From contig JAZRLB010000019.1 of NCBI GenBank assembly GCA_045646625.1, positions 13,396 through 77,395 of the forward strand: a stretch of DNA of 64,000 bases, read 5' to 3'. Both the position numbers and the translations under genes were made by a program. Of this stretch, positions 15,541-25,561 are shown piece after piece. Source of the stretch: Candidatus Enterousia sp. Its GTDB lineage: Bacteria; Pseudomonadota; Alphaproteobacteria; Rs-D84. The stretch's first letter is position 1. Each line of letters starts with the position of its first letter. A model generated the notes under the pieces. That model searched no databases. It was not told where the DNA came from and saw nothing but the letters and a program-made list of their open reading frames with translations.

Positions 15541-16659
15541 TTACATTCTCATCGGCATTAACACGAACAAAGCATCCGTATCTTTATCCACGGAATTAAT
15601 TTTTGTTGGCGCCAAAGGATCCTGCATTTCCATCTGGAACTTATCACCTTCGACCTGGCCTGCCACATCCAGCAAGAACTTTACATTAAACACAACCGTA
15701 AATGACGCATCACCATTGTATTCTATGTCTAATTCTTGGGTTGCGGTACCAGCATCTGGGCTGGACGCATTGATAACCAACTTATTCATACTAAAAGTCA
15801 ACTGTACAGACTTTGTTTTATCAACACTGGCAACCGAAACCAAGTCAACCGCATTAATAAACTGCTTTCTGTCCAAGACTGCAATTTTATCATTACCCTT
15901 TGGAATCACAACACGATAGTTTGGATACTGGGCATCAACCAATTTGCTGGTCAATGTTGCCGAACCAACTGTAAAGCGCGCTTTTGTATCCGACAATTCA
16001 ACCAAAACATCATCCACATTCGCATCTTCCAGCAATTTAGACAATTCACCAATTACACGACGTGGCAAAATAACAGATGGCATATCCGCACTGCCCGCGG
16101 GCGCCGCCATTGCACACAATGCCATACGCTGAGCATCAGTTGCAACCGCCGTCAATTTTTTCACATCACCATCTTCTGCGATATGAAAATAGATACCCCC
16201 CAAATGATAACGCACATCATCGGTTGGAATTGCAAATTTTGTCTGATTAACCAAATGCGCCAAATCACCGGTTGTCATCTGGAATTTTGTTGTCAAATTA
16301 CTGCCCGCCATAGCCGGGAAATTTTCCGCAGGCAATGTCGGCAAACGGAATACTGCACGACCACTGGACACAACCAGCTGATCACCCGACTGCTTAAATG
16401 AAATTTCAGCATCATCTGGCAATTTACGAACAATATCATACAACATCTGAACGGGCACAGTAATTCTACCCCCCAGCGTAATATCAGCGGCTACATGTTC
16501 AACCAGTTCCAAATCAACATTCGTCGCCGACAAGATTAAATCATCTGCAGCCTCGATTTTAACATTCATCAAAATAGGCAAAGTCGCACGCTTTTCTACA
16601 ATCGATTGCATATGCCCCAGCGCACGTATTAACACCTGACGAAACACTGAAAATTCCAT
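15541..16659 (-). CDS. dnaN: DNA polymerase III beta sliding clamp
   Basis: 372 aa. LxxALxxVxxIVEKRxTLPIL N-terminus and three-domain clamp pattern ending ..LMPMRM. Confidence 0.93.
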   Translation of the reverse strand: MEFSVFRQVLIRALGHMQSIVEKRATLPILMNVKIEAADDLILSATNVDLELVEHVAADITLGGRITVPVQMLYDIVRKLPDDAEISFKQSGDQLVVSSGRAVFRLPTLPAENFPAMAGSNLTTKFQMTTGDLAHLVNQTKFAIPTDDVRYHLGGIYFHIAEDGDVKKLTAVATDAQRMALCAMAAPAGSADMPSVILPRRVIGELSKLLEDANVDDVLVELSDTKARFTVGSATLTSKLVDAQYPNYRVVIPKGNDKIAVLDRKQFINAVDLVSVASVDKTKSVQLTFSMNKLVINASSPDAGTATQELDIEYNGDASFTVVFNVKFLLDVAGQVEGDKFQMEMQDPLAPTKINSVDKDTDALFVLMPMRM

Positions 16660-16853
16660 TATAATACTCCTGTTTCCTTATATGTATTTGTGTATCCTAC
16701 ACTCTTTTGCCTTAAGCATACCAAAAAACCCCGATTCGGTGCAAGACCAAATACTTGCCACAAAAAAAAGATAAAAACACAAACAAACCCGCAACCATTG
16801 CGCACAAACGATACACAAGGCTGCAGGCTCATTCATAAATTGATTATTATATT

Positions 16854-17612
16854 TTATTTATAAATCACTTTTTCCAACTTGGCGCGCAATTTCTTGATAT
16901 CATCATATTTTGTAAACTTGCCCTTTTCTGCTATTGAAATATCACCACTTTCTTCTGACACAACTAACACCACCGCACCTGACACCTCGCTTACCCCCAG
17001 CGCGGCACGATGACGCGTACCATATTTCCAGTTCAAATTATTTTGTGACAAAGGCAAAATTGCCCCCGCATATGCTATACGATTGTTTTCAATAATCACC
17101 GCCCCATCATGCAAAGGAGTTTTATTAAAAAATATTGTCAGCAACAATTCACTGCTAATTTTTGCATCAATCGCGACACCTTTTTTATCAATCGCACTTT
17201 CATCCAAAGACCCCGAAAACACAATCAAAGCCCCTGTATGTTTACTTGACATATATTCTGCTGCACTGACAATTGCATCCAATGCCTTGGTATCTTTTTT
17301 TCTGTCCGCCCCAACCCTCAGCATACGGCGCCACCCCTGAACATTACCCATCAATGCCATAAACTTACGCAGTTCTGGTTGAAAAACCACAATCAAACTC
17401 AGCGACAAGAACAACGCCATATAATGCAAAAAGTTCGCCAACAAATTTAATCCCACCAATGGCAGCACAAAACTAAGCACCCACAGCCCAGCTAGTCCTA
17501 ACAGCCCACGAACCAATTTTTCTGATTGTGTATTCTGAATAAAACTGCGATAAAAAACATAGATCAACATTGCGATAATCGCAATCTGAACCAATGCCAC
17601 CCAATCAAACAT
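16854..17612 (-). CDS. cdaA: Membrane-bound diadenylate cyclase CdaA (c-di-AMP synthase)
   Basis: Three N-terminal TM helices plus a DAC domain with HDGAVII and GTRHRAALG (DGA/RHR motifs). Confidence 0.88.
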   Translation of the reverse strand: MFDWVALVQIAIIAMLIYVFYRSFIQNTQSEKLVRGLLGLAGLWVLSFVLPLVGLNLLANFLHYMALFLSLSLIVVFQPELRKFMALMGNVQGWRRMLRVGADRKKDTKALDAIVSAAEYMSSKHTGALIVFSGSLDESAIDKKGVAIDAKISSELLLTIFFNKTPLHDGAVIIENNRIAYAGAILPLSQNNLNWKYGTRHRAALGVSEVSGAVVLVVSEESGDISIAEKGKFTKYDDIKKLRAKLEKVIYK

Positions 17613-17629
17613 TCTTTTTTCTCCTTTTT

Positions 17630-19702
17630 TTATTCTGTTCCCAGAACACTATTTATTAAATCTTCTGTTGGTTCACCCAACCATTCTGGATCGTCACGAT
17701 ACAGTGGCGCCCCACGTTTCATTGCCGTCTCGCACGGTTTCCCATCTGCCAGCCAATTTTCCAATAAATCGCCTGCAACCAATCCAATACCCGTACCAGC
17801 AACCAAGCCGACACCACCCGTAAATGGCGCCAACAACAATCCCAATCCAGTTGCAGACGCAACCTTACCCGCCATTGCCGCACCACTAATTCTTATATCA
17901 GGCTCCGCCAAACTGCCTGTCAATTCAATTGAATTAACCACATTACCCATCAGTGATAATTTTATTCCACGAACAGGCACCGTTGTCAATGCTAATTTCA
18001 TTTCTTCATCCCCCAGGTTTAACACACCCGCCAATCGAATATTAATTGCATTTGTTTCAACCGCAACACCATTCTGCGTTTCAATTACCCCATCACGCAA
18101 TTTAGCATTCACCGCCACACACGAAATCTTTATTTGATTATATTTCTTTTCCGAACTGAACAGATCTTGCACACTGTGACGCAACGAAGTTAAAAAATCC
18201 GTCCCATACATATACGCAACCATCGCAGAATGCGCATATCCAGCCCCATCAGAATACACCTGAACAGGCCCTGTAATGGTCTGCATAATCTGCGACAAAT
18301 TTTCCCCATTTGCCCGCACATAGAATTCAAAATTCATTGGCAAATCCGACAAAAAATCTGTTTTATCGACTTCTTTTAAAATTTTTCCAACAACGATATG
18401 CTTACCAACCGCACCCGACTGCAACCATATACGTCCACCTTTATCAATATCTGCGTCAATTGCGACCCTGATATCACCACCGGCCATAGAAGTATCAATA
18501 TCAATACGCGCCCTATTATCGCGCAAATCAACATCCAGTTTCATATCGCTTAAATTTAAATCACGATACATAACAAATTTACCAAAATTAACGTGCAACT
18601 TTGCCGTACGCCCACGCAGATATTTTCCGAACAGCGGCGTATCTTTAAACACATTCAGTTCCTTGGCTGATTTTTTTGTTTTACCCGCATAAAGGTCTGG
18701 AAACAAATCAATCAATGCAACATTTGGTGAATACAGATTCAGATTAATTGCACCCGCACGACTCGACCAATCCCAATCACCTGAAATTGTAAATTCTGTT
18801 TTATTCACACGAACAGACGACTTACGCAGCACTATTTTTTCACGGTCATACCCACCAACAAGATTTAATCTCAATGCCGGCACATCACTCAAATCAAATC
18901 CAAAAATTTTACCAATTGCCATTGGATTTGGAATATCACCCCGAACAACAAAATCAATTGGAACCTTGCTCGTACCTTCCAGCGCAACATTTGCAATCAA
19001 GGCATCTCCACCAGTTGACAACGCCACCTGCACAGGATAAATTTTTCTTTCCACATTATATTCACTTAATTGCACAATGAACGGGAACAAATTATCATCT
19101 GTTTTCACCCACCCAGAATATTCACGCCCAGGCTTGTGCGGCATCAACCTTATATTAAATCCATCAAGACTATAACGTTCCCCAAAAATATTCGCGACCA
19201 GATTTTTAACCTCTACCCCACCCAATCCAGCATCCTTGAACGGATACAGTTCTGGCACCATTTCCACATCATTTTTAACCGTCTCTACCTTTTTGGCCAA
19301 TGACGCGACCGAATATTTACCATCGGAGTTTTTTTCCAGATTTATTTTAGCATTATAAACCTTTACATTTTGAATTGTTGGCCTATCACGAAACAACGAC
19401 AGCAAATTCAACCGCACATCTATTTTATCAGCTGTAAACGCATCCTTATTTTTCGCCCAATTTTCATTTGCCACGCGCACCTGATTAAGTTCCACATACG
19501 GACGTAAAGAAAACTTCCAAGAAACAGCCCCATCTATTTCGATTGGCAAACCCGTTGAATCACGCAAAATCGCCAAAACATTTCCACGCAAAGACTCTAA
19601 ATTAATCTGACTAAGCGTCACAACAATCGCCACCCCCAATCCAACGACCATCAGCCCCAGGATTCTAAGCATCGGGAAAAAAAGACTTTTTCTAACTTTC
19701 AT
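17630..19702 (-). CDS. AsmA family outer-membrane assembly protein
   Basis: N-terminal TM anchor. AsmA-like N-terminus (..LPIEIDGAVSWKFSLRPYVELNQVRVAN) and a long beta-rich body of 690 aa. Confidence 0.7.
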   Translation of the reverse strand: MKVRKSLFFPMLRILGLMVVGLGVAIVVTLSQINLESLRGNVLAILRDSTGLPIEIDGAVSWKFSLRPYVELNQVRVANENWAKNKDAFTADKIDVRLNLLSLFRDRPTIQNVKVYNAKINLEKNSDGKYSVASLAKKVETVKNDVEMVPELYPFKDAGLGGVEVKNLVANIFGERYSLDGFNIRLMPHKPGREYSGWVKTDDNLFPFIVQLSEYNVERKIYPVQVALSTGGDALIANVALEGTSKVPIDFVVRGDIPNPMAIGKIFGFDLSDVPALRLNLVGGYDREKIVLRKSSVRVNKTEFTISGDWDWSSRAGAINLNLYSPNVALIDLFPDLYAGKTKKSAKELNVFKDTPLFGKYLRGRTAKLHVNFGKFVMYRDLNLSDMKLDVDLRDNRARIDIDTSMAGGDIRVAIDADIDKGGRIWLQSGAVGKHIVVGKILKEVDKTDFLSDLPMNFEFYVRANGENLSQIMQTITGPVQVYSDGAGYAHSAMVAYMYGTDFLTSLRHSVQDLFSSEKKYNQIKISCVAVNAKLRDGVIETQNGVAVETNAINIRLAGVLNLGDEEMKLALTTVPVRGIKLSLMGNVVNSIELTGSLAEPDIRISGAAMAGKVASATGLGLLLAPFTGGVGLVAGTGIGLVAGDLLENWLADGKPCETAMKRGAPLYRDDPEWLGEPTEDLINSVLGTE

Positions 19703-20682
19703 GGCAATTTAAATTCCAAGAACTGCATCACAGGCTGCATAAAACAGGGCACCTCCGCCCGCATTGTTAACATCCGTCCAGTTGATGGATGTTGAAATGT
19801 TAACTTATATGCAAATAAAAACAAGTTGTTTGTTTTCAGCACACTGTCCAACGTCCCATCACCTGTACATCGTCCGCCATACAAATTATCCCCAACAATT
19901 GGCGCCTTCAAAGAAAATGCACTGTGCAAGCGTAATTGATGTGTACGCCCTGTCTTAGGCGAAAATCGCACCCACGAAACACAACCCGCCGCATTTGACA
20001 ACACACAGTATTCTGTAATGGCACGCTGTGGCCGCGGTCCCGTTCCATTATTCAAGCGTCCCGGCCCATCAAACACCTGTCCCTTTAACATAAAATTATC
20101 AATCACACCGTGACGCGGATTCACATTTCCTTTTAACAACGCCAAATATTCTTTATGTGCCGTCTTGGTTTGAAATTGCGCCGCCAAACTTTGTGCTGCC
20201 CGCTGGTTCTTTGCTACAACCAAAATTCCACTGGTCTCTTTATCCAACCGATGTACCAACGAGATTTTATCATACGGGAACAAAGCCGCCGCCATTTTAT
20301 CAATTGATTTCCTGATGCCTGTCCCCCCCTGCACGGCCAATCCCGCAGGTTTATTAAACACAACAACATCCGCATCATTATGAATAATGCACTTACGCAA
20401 TTCTTCTAAATCAGACAATGAAAAATGCTCGCCACTTTCTGTTTTTTTGCCACCCGCATTCGCATAGCCCGCAATCGTAGGTGGTACACGCACCGCATCA
20501 CCCGCCCGCAGAACTTCATTCCCACGCACACGTTTTGAATTTACACGAATTTGTCCACCGCGACACAGTTTATAAAATTCACGCTGCGGCAAAGATGGGA
20601 ACTGTCGCAAAAACCAACGTAACAAACGCGTTCCATCTTCTACCTCGGAAACAGTAATAAAATCTGCCATCTGCGCCCTCAC
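19699..20682 (-). CDS. rluC: RluA-family 23S rRNA pseudouridine synthase (RluC/RluD-like)
   Basis: S4 domain at the N-terminus. Catalytic HRLDKETSGILVVAKN motif. Confidence 0.85.
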   Translation of the reverse strand: MRAQMADFITVSEVEDGTRLLRWFLRQFPSLPQREFYKLCRGGQIRVNSKRVRGNEVLRAGDAVRVPPTIAGYANAGGKKTESGEHFSLSDLEELRKCIIHNDADVVVFNKPAGLAVQGGTGIRKSIDKMAAALFPYDKISLVHRLDKETSGILVVAKNQRAAQSLAAQFQTKTAHKEYLALLKGNVNPRHGVIDNFMLKGQVFDGPGRLNNGTGPRPQRAITEYCVLSNAAGCVSWVRFSPKTGRTHQLRLHSAFSLKAPIVGDNLYGGRCTGDGTLDSVLKTNNLFLFAYKLTFQHPSTGRMLTMRAEVPCFMQPVMQFLEFKLP

Positions 20683-20700
20683 TTGGCATTAAATCACGAA

Positions 20701-21162
20701 TTATTCGCCATAAATTATCTGAATGGAATTAGTTCCATTTGCACCACTGCACGACCCTGTCGCACCACTTTCCTTTTTATTAGACATATTGTATCCAACC
20801 GAATCGCGCCACGCACGTGTCAACAATGTTTTACATTCATTTTGCATCAATCCATCTATACCAACAACAAACTGTCTTGGATTGCTTGCGTTCACAGCCA
20901 ACGTATAGGATCCACCGTATGGGTTTTGCTTTTTCCCCAACATTTCCAGAACGGCTTCGCCATTCATAGCAGAAAAATCATCATAACCACTGTGCAGTCT
21001 TCTAACTTCATTAACGATTGTAAAAACTTCTTCCTCTGTTGTCACTTGCTTCTGGCTATTAAATGCCATCTTAATCAGTTCATATGCTCCAACGGTGATT
21101 ACGCCCATAATGGCCAACACCCCCAGCATTTCAATCATTGAACGACCTGATTCTTGATTCAT
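20701..21162 (-). CDS. Type IV pilin / pseudopilin-like protein
   Basis: Prepilin-type N-terminus MNQESG/RSMIEMLGVLAIMGVITVG (Glu at +5, hydrophobic helix). 153 aa. Confidence 0.7.
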   Translation of the reverse strand: MNQESGRSMIEMLGVLAIMGVITVGAYELIKMAFNSQKQVTTEEEVFTIVNEVRRLHSGYDDFSAMNGEAVLEMLGKKQNPYGGSYTLAVNASNPRQFVVGIDGLMQNECKTLLTRAWRDSVGYNMSNKKESGATGSCSGANGTNSIQIIYGE

Positions 21163-21213
21163 TGAAAAACCTCTTATTTGCTATTTACTATTTATTATTC
21201 TATCATAAAGATT

Positions 21214-22641
21214 ATGAATATTCAATTTTCTGATTTAATTGAAAACGCACCACACGCACCCGGCGTGTATAAAATGTATGATTCAGAAGATAACCTGCTG
21301 TACGTAGGCAAAGCAAAAAATCTGTCCAACCGCCTGCATCAATATTTGGACATATCTAAACTGGAATTACACAAGCAAGTTATGCGCACTTTGGTCGCAC
21401 GCGTTGATTGGGAAACTGTTCCAACCGAATCGGATGCCCTGCTGCGCGAACAAGAATTAATAAAAACACAAAAGCCAAAATACAACATTATGCTGACTGA
21501 CGGAAAAATGTACCCTATGTTGGCACTGACATCGGGGGATTTTCCACGCCTGCTAAAATTCCGTGGCAAAATATCCCAGCGCCGCGATGTATACGGTCCA
21601 TACCCATCCGTATCAGCGCTGAACGAAACAATAAAAACAATCCAACGCGTATGCCAAATCCGCACCTGCACAGACACTCAAATGCACAATCGCACCCGCC
21701 CGTGTTTATTACACCAGATTGGCCGTTGCAGTGCACCGTGCACAAACCCAGACAAACAAAAATACGCAGAAAACGTGCGTACAGCACGAAAAATCTTAAC
21801 CGGAAACAGCACACCCATAATCACAGATTTGACACAACAAATGCGCGATTTTGCAGCAAAAATGGATTTTGAATCCGCCGCCACCATACGCGACAAAATC
21901 ACCGCACTCACACACACATCAAACCGCGGAAAGCGCCAAAACAGTGCGTACAGCGCGATTTCGGATTGGCACACAAACGTATCTGAATTGGAAAAATGGC
22001 TGAATATAAAAATTGAATTGGCCGGGGTATTTGATAACTCACACCTGTTTGGAAAACAACCTGTTGGTGCGATGATAACATTTGGACATAACGGCTTTGA
22101 AAAATCAGGATACAGACATTTTAAACTGCAAGACAAAACACGTGCCGGCAACGACATCGCAATGATGTCAGAATTTGTCAGACGTGCTGTTGAACGGGGG
22201 CCAAAACTGGACCTAATAATCGTCGACGGCGGAATGGCACAATGGAACATTGCAAAACGCGCTGCCGGCAACATACCGGTATTCGGCGTCACCAAGGGCG
22301 CGGTTCGTGACGGCGACGAGCACTTTATATTACCCGACGGCACAATATACCGCGACCTGCCCAAGGACACCCCACTGTTTTTGATGCTGCGCAACGTCCG
22401 CGACGAAGCACATCGATTCGTTATCACATACCACCGCAATGTCCGCGCAAAACAGCTGACCGCTTCTGTCCTGGACGAAATCGATGGCGTTGGTCCAACA
22501 CGCAAACGCGCACTGTTACAACACTTTGGTTCGGTCCGCGCAATAATGGACGCCGACATAAACGCCCTAAAACACGTCCCCGGTCTGGGAAAAAGTGCCG
22601 CAGAAAAAATATATGCCCATTTCCATTCAGAAGTGTTATAA
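21214..22641 (+). CDS. uvrC: Excinuclease ABC subunit C (compact, 475 aa)
   Basis: GIY-YIG (GVYKMYD..LLYVGKAKNL), UVR domain (FESAATIRDKITAL), endonuclease domain, and C-terminal (HhH)2 (DGVGPTRKRALLQHFGS). Confidence 0.88.
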   Translation: MNIQFSDLIENAPHAPGVYKMYDSEDNLLYVGKAKNLSNRLHQYLDISKLELHKQVMRTLVARVDWETVPTESDALLREQELIKTQKPKYNIMLTDGKMYPMLALTSGDFPRLLKFRGKISQRRDVYGPYPSVSALNETIKTIQRVCQIRTCTDTQMHNRTRPCLLHQIGRCSAPCTNPDKQKYAENVRTARKILTGNSTPIITDLTQQMRDFAAKMDFESAATIRDKITALTHTSNRGKRQNSAYSAISDWHTNVSELEKWLNIKIELAGVFDNSHLFGKQPVGAMITFGHNGFEKSGYRHFKLQDKTRAGNDIAMMSEFVRRAVERGPKLDLIIVDGGMAQWNIAKRAAGNIPVFGVTKGAVRDGDEHFILPDGTIYRDLPKDTPLFLMLRNVRDEAHRFVITYHRNVRAKQLTASVLDEIDGVGPTRKRALLQHFGSVRAIMDADINALKHVPGLGKSAAEKIYAHFHSEVL

Positions 22642-22682
22642 TATACTTATTCATATATCTGCACAACCAAAGGAGAACTTAT

Positions 22683-23294
22683 ATGAAATTCTTTGTTAAC
22701 TTTTTATCAGCGTTCCGCATTGCGGCCTCGTTTGCAATTATCCCGACATTAATGTTTCAGATGTACTGGACAACATTTGTACTGTACGTTTTGGCGGCAA
22801 TATCTGATTGGTTTGATGGCTATCTGGCACGCAAATACAATGTATGCACAAAAATAGGTGGCGTAATGGATCACATTGGTGACAAATTACTGGTCGTGAA
22901 TACACTGATTATGCTGTCCGTTATGATGCCAGTTTGGTTTGTTGTTGTCCCAGTCATTATTATGATTGCCCGCGAACTGTATATTTCTGGCCTGCGTGAA
23001 TTCCTGGGCACCCAGAAAATCGAAATGCCTGTACCCAAGGCACGCTTTTCTATGGGCAAAATAAAAACAACACTTCAGATGATTTCAATCGCTGCATTTT
23101 TGGCAATCTTTGCAATCGGCACATTAATCACACCCGCATCTGACAGTCGCACATTAATGTACCTGATTTATGTCTTGCCACAAATTGGCATCTGGGGTCT
23201 GTGGTTTTCCCTGGTGGCATCAATATGGTCTGCAACCCAGTACACAATAACCTTCCTGGGACATATGAAAACACTGGACAAGAAAAAGAAATAA
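22683..23294 (+). CDS. pgsA: CDP-diacylglycerol--glycerol-3-phosphate 3-phosphatidyltransferase
   Basis: CDP-alcohol phosphotransferase motif DWFDGYLAR..GGVMDHIGDK. Confidence 0.9.
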   Translation: MKFFVNFLSAFRIAASFAIIPTLMFQMYWTTFVLYVLAAISDWFDGYLARKYNVCTKIGGVMDHIGDKLLVVNTLIMLSVMMPVWFVVVPVIIMIARELYISGLREFLGTQKIEMPVPKARFSMGKIKTTLQMISIAAFLAIFAIGTLITPASDSRTLMYLIYVLPQIGIWGLWFSLVASIWSATQYTITFLGHMKTLDKKKK

Positions 23295-23299
23295 AAAGT

Positions 23300-23327
23300 A
23301 AAAAAACGCCCAATGGGCGTTTTTTTA
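23300..23327. terminator. Bidirectional intrinsic terminator (pgsA / 23325-23756)
   Basis: AAAAAAACGCCC-aat-GGGCGTTTTTTT. Confidence 0.8.
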
Positions 23328-23756
23328 TCTCTTGTTCCAACGACAAGATTGCAAAATAACAGATTTCAAAATATCCGTAAAACCGTTTACACCTTTGCTA
23401 CTTTTCACACGTGCCCAATCAATCTTAATTTGCTTTTTTGCGGGCCCAAAAACATATTCAACATAACCGCATGTTCGTGGCAAGATTCCGCCACGCAACA
23501 CTGTATCTGGCGTCACCTTTTCACACACGCCCTTTTGAACCCCTAATCTGTCCGCATAGACCCTGCAACGTCTGGTACTTGTATCTAAATATTCACAGCA
23601 GGTACGTGTATAAAACACCCTTCTATTCACCGCATACTTATATAAACAACATAAACCACAACCTTTACACAATTTTTCATACGCATCTGGTGCCATCTGT
23701 CGCAGCTTCAAAAACCGTATCGCCTGTTCATCTGTCAAACTATATTCTAAATCCAT
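23325..23756 (-). CDS. YkgJ/YcgN-type CxxCxxCC cysteine-cluster protein
   Basis: CKGCGLCC...TCCEYLD..RRCRVY pattern. Start taken at MDLEY (23756). Confidence 0.65.
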   Translation of the reverse strand: MDLEYSLTDEQAIRFLKLRQMAPDAYEKLCKGCGLCCLYKYAVNRRVFYTRTCCEYLDTSTRRCRVYADRLGVQKGVCEKVTPDTVLRGGILPRTCGYVEYVFGPAKKQIKIDWARVKSSKGVNGFTDILKSVILQSCRWNKR

Positions 23757-23900
23757 AAACAAACCTTTTGACGGATAATACACCAATCAATCTGATTGTC
23801 AACCGCCAACACTTGAAAGAAATAGCCCATATAATAAAACAAACCCACAACTTCAAAAATGTTGCAGGTTTGCCTATAAATTAGCCACTAAAAATTTATT

Positions 23901-25529
23901 CTAATTCAATGGTGCCCCCCAATGCTGCTGAATACTACGTTCTACATCCATTGGACTGACCAAAACCTGTGGCGTCAAGATAACCACCAACACCTCACGC
24001 GTAGCCGATGTTTCACGCGACCCAGATAAAGCCATAAAGTCCGGATCCCCAAGACCATAACGCGTATCTTCATTAGTCTGTTTTTCAAAACCTGACACAA
24101 CCAACATCTGGCCAGATTCCATAATAACTTCCTGCATAAAGCTGCGTTCTTCCACCTCTGGCAATTGCAGCGTCACCTCACCAATCGTCTGTGTTGACAT
24201 ACGCAACAATTCACGCACAGACATACGGAACAACAGCAAAATCTTGCCATTTTCCAAAACATTCGGCAACAACTGCATCGTGAACCCTGTTTCCAAGTCA
24301 TCCTGATCAACCGTACTTGATTCAACCGTTGTGAAATTGCGTGATTCAAAACGTTTGATATAACCAGTTGTACGTGTATTGCTGACCGGTGCAACACGAT
24401 TACTGCGTGTTGTCACACCAACATTTGTCACCAACGACACCTTACCCTGCTTGGCCAAAGCCTCAATCAGTGCATTACTACCCGCTGCCCCTGCCAAGGA
24501 CCCGTTCATAATTTGATCCTGGGTATATGCGCCTTCAACCATAGTATTGCCTTCCATATGGGTCGCACCGGTCAAAGCCGACACAGTATTTGATAAAACC
24601 GCAATATTCATCGAACTTGCTTCGGTCGAAGCCAAGTTATTTTTTGGATTCGCCACAATATTCAACCCAGATGTTGAATTAATTGCCGCCGCCAAATTCA
24701 AACCAAATGCCGAATCATTTGAAATCGTCACCTGTAATACTTTCACATCAATTGTAATCAGCTGACTTAAACGTTTGTTCTGACGCTCGATATACTCTCC
24801 AACACGCGCCAACACTGATGGCGATGCTGTGACTGTAATCGTCCCCAAACTGCGCGATACTGTAAAGTCTGCATTATCAGATTTACCAATAATAGAAGAA
24901 ATTGCTTTTTCTACTTCATCCCATTCCTTCAAAGTAGATTCCAAGGACACTTCATTGGCATTATCCGTGGACACAGATGTCTGATATGCAACCTCGGTCC
25001 CCAAAGCATACAGCGTAAATGTCTTAGTTTCTGTTTCATAGAACACAATTGAATTTTTATCATAGTACCACAGCAAATCTAAATCAGTAGCAACCTGACT
25101 TAACAATCCTGACAATTTCCCAGTATACGCAACATTAACTTGTTTTCTTAATTTATCTGATGAAACCTGGCCGTCGATTTTGACCGGGATTCCCGTAATA
25201 GAATAAATATCATTTGCCAAGACCTGCAAAGACACTGGCTCGTTCAGCAAAATCGTAATACCTGTATCTGACTCAAACTTTGACGGCAGATTATTACGAT
25301 GTTCCAGCACCATAGACTTATTACCCAACCAAACACCTTCGGACATAGAAACGGTATCTCCACTAGCCACTTTGGCGCGGGGATTTTTTGCCATTTCAAA
25401 TGCGTCATATGCATTAATAAAATCCTGATCAACGGACGCCGCGACCTTAGCAGACTCACGCTTTGCACAACCTGTGACGGCTGCCAAAACAACACCACAC
25501 AGAACCAAAAATTTTAATGACTTTCTCAT
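23901..25529 (-). CDS. Lipoprotein secretin (type IVb pilus PilN/TcpC/BfpB-like)
   Basis: Lipobox LAAVTGC. C-terminal secretin-domain pattern: LQLPEVEERSFMQEVIMESGQMLVVSGF...REVLVVILTPQVL. Confidence 0.7.
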   Translation of the reverse strand: MRKSLKFLVLCGVVLAAVTGCAKRESAKVAASVDQDFINAYDAFEMAKNPRAKVASGDTVSMSEGVWLGNKSMVLEHRNNLPSKFESDTGITILLNEPVSLQVLANDIYSITGIPVKIDGQVSSDKLRKQVNVAYTGKLSGLLSQVATDLDLLWYYDKNSIVFYETETKTFTLYALGTEVAYQTSVSTDNANEVSLESTLKEWDEVEKAISSIIGKSDNADFTVSRSLGTITVTASPSVLARVGEYIERQNKRLSQLITIDVKVLQVTISNDSAFGLNLAAAINSTSGLNIVANPKNNLASTEASSMNIAVLSNTVSALTGATHMEGNTMVEGAYTQDQIMNGSLAGAAGSNALIEALAKQGKVSLVTNVGVTTRSNRVAPVSNTRTTGYIKRFESRNFTTVESSTVDQDDLETGFTMQLLPNVLENGKILLLFRMSVRELLRMSTQTIGEVTLQLPEVEERSFMQEVIMESGQMLVVSGFEKQTNEDTRYGLGDPDFMALSGSRETSATREVLVVILTPQVLVSPMDVERSIQQHWGAPLN

Positions 25530-25561
25530 TCTTTATCTCCTACGCCATCCGTCTGGAACAA

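Noticed and set aside
16660-16853. Possible replication origin upstream of dnaN
   Set aside because: There is no dnaA gene nearby and I found no cluster of TTATCCACA-like DnaA boxes in the 194-nt spacer. Isolated near-matches lie inside coding regions (e.g. about 15583 and 55846).
21678-22559. Long antisense ORFs opposite clear genes: 21678-22559 vs uvrC, 15736-16401 vs dnaN, 35148-35795 vs gatB, 17526-18137 vs asmA, 996-1502 vs rplY, 32903-33412 vs gatA, 9550-10116 vs tolB
   Set aside because: The sense-strand proteins carry unambiguous family motifs along their full length. The antisense translations are Ser/Arg/Cys/Ile-rich with no recognisable motifs. They are typical shadow ORFs.
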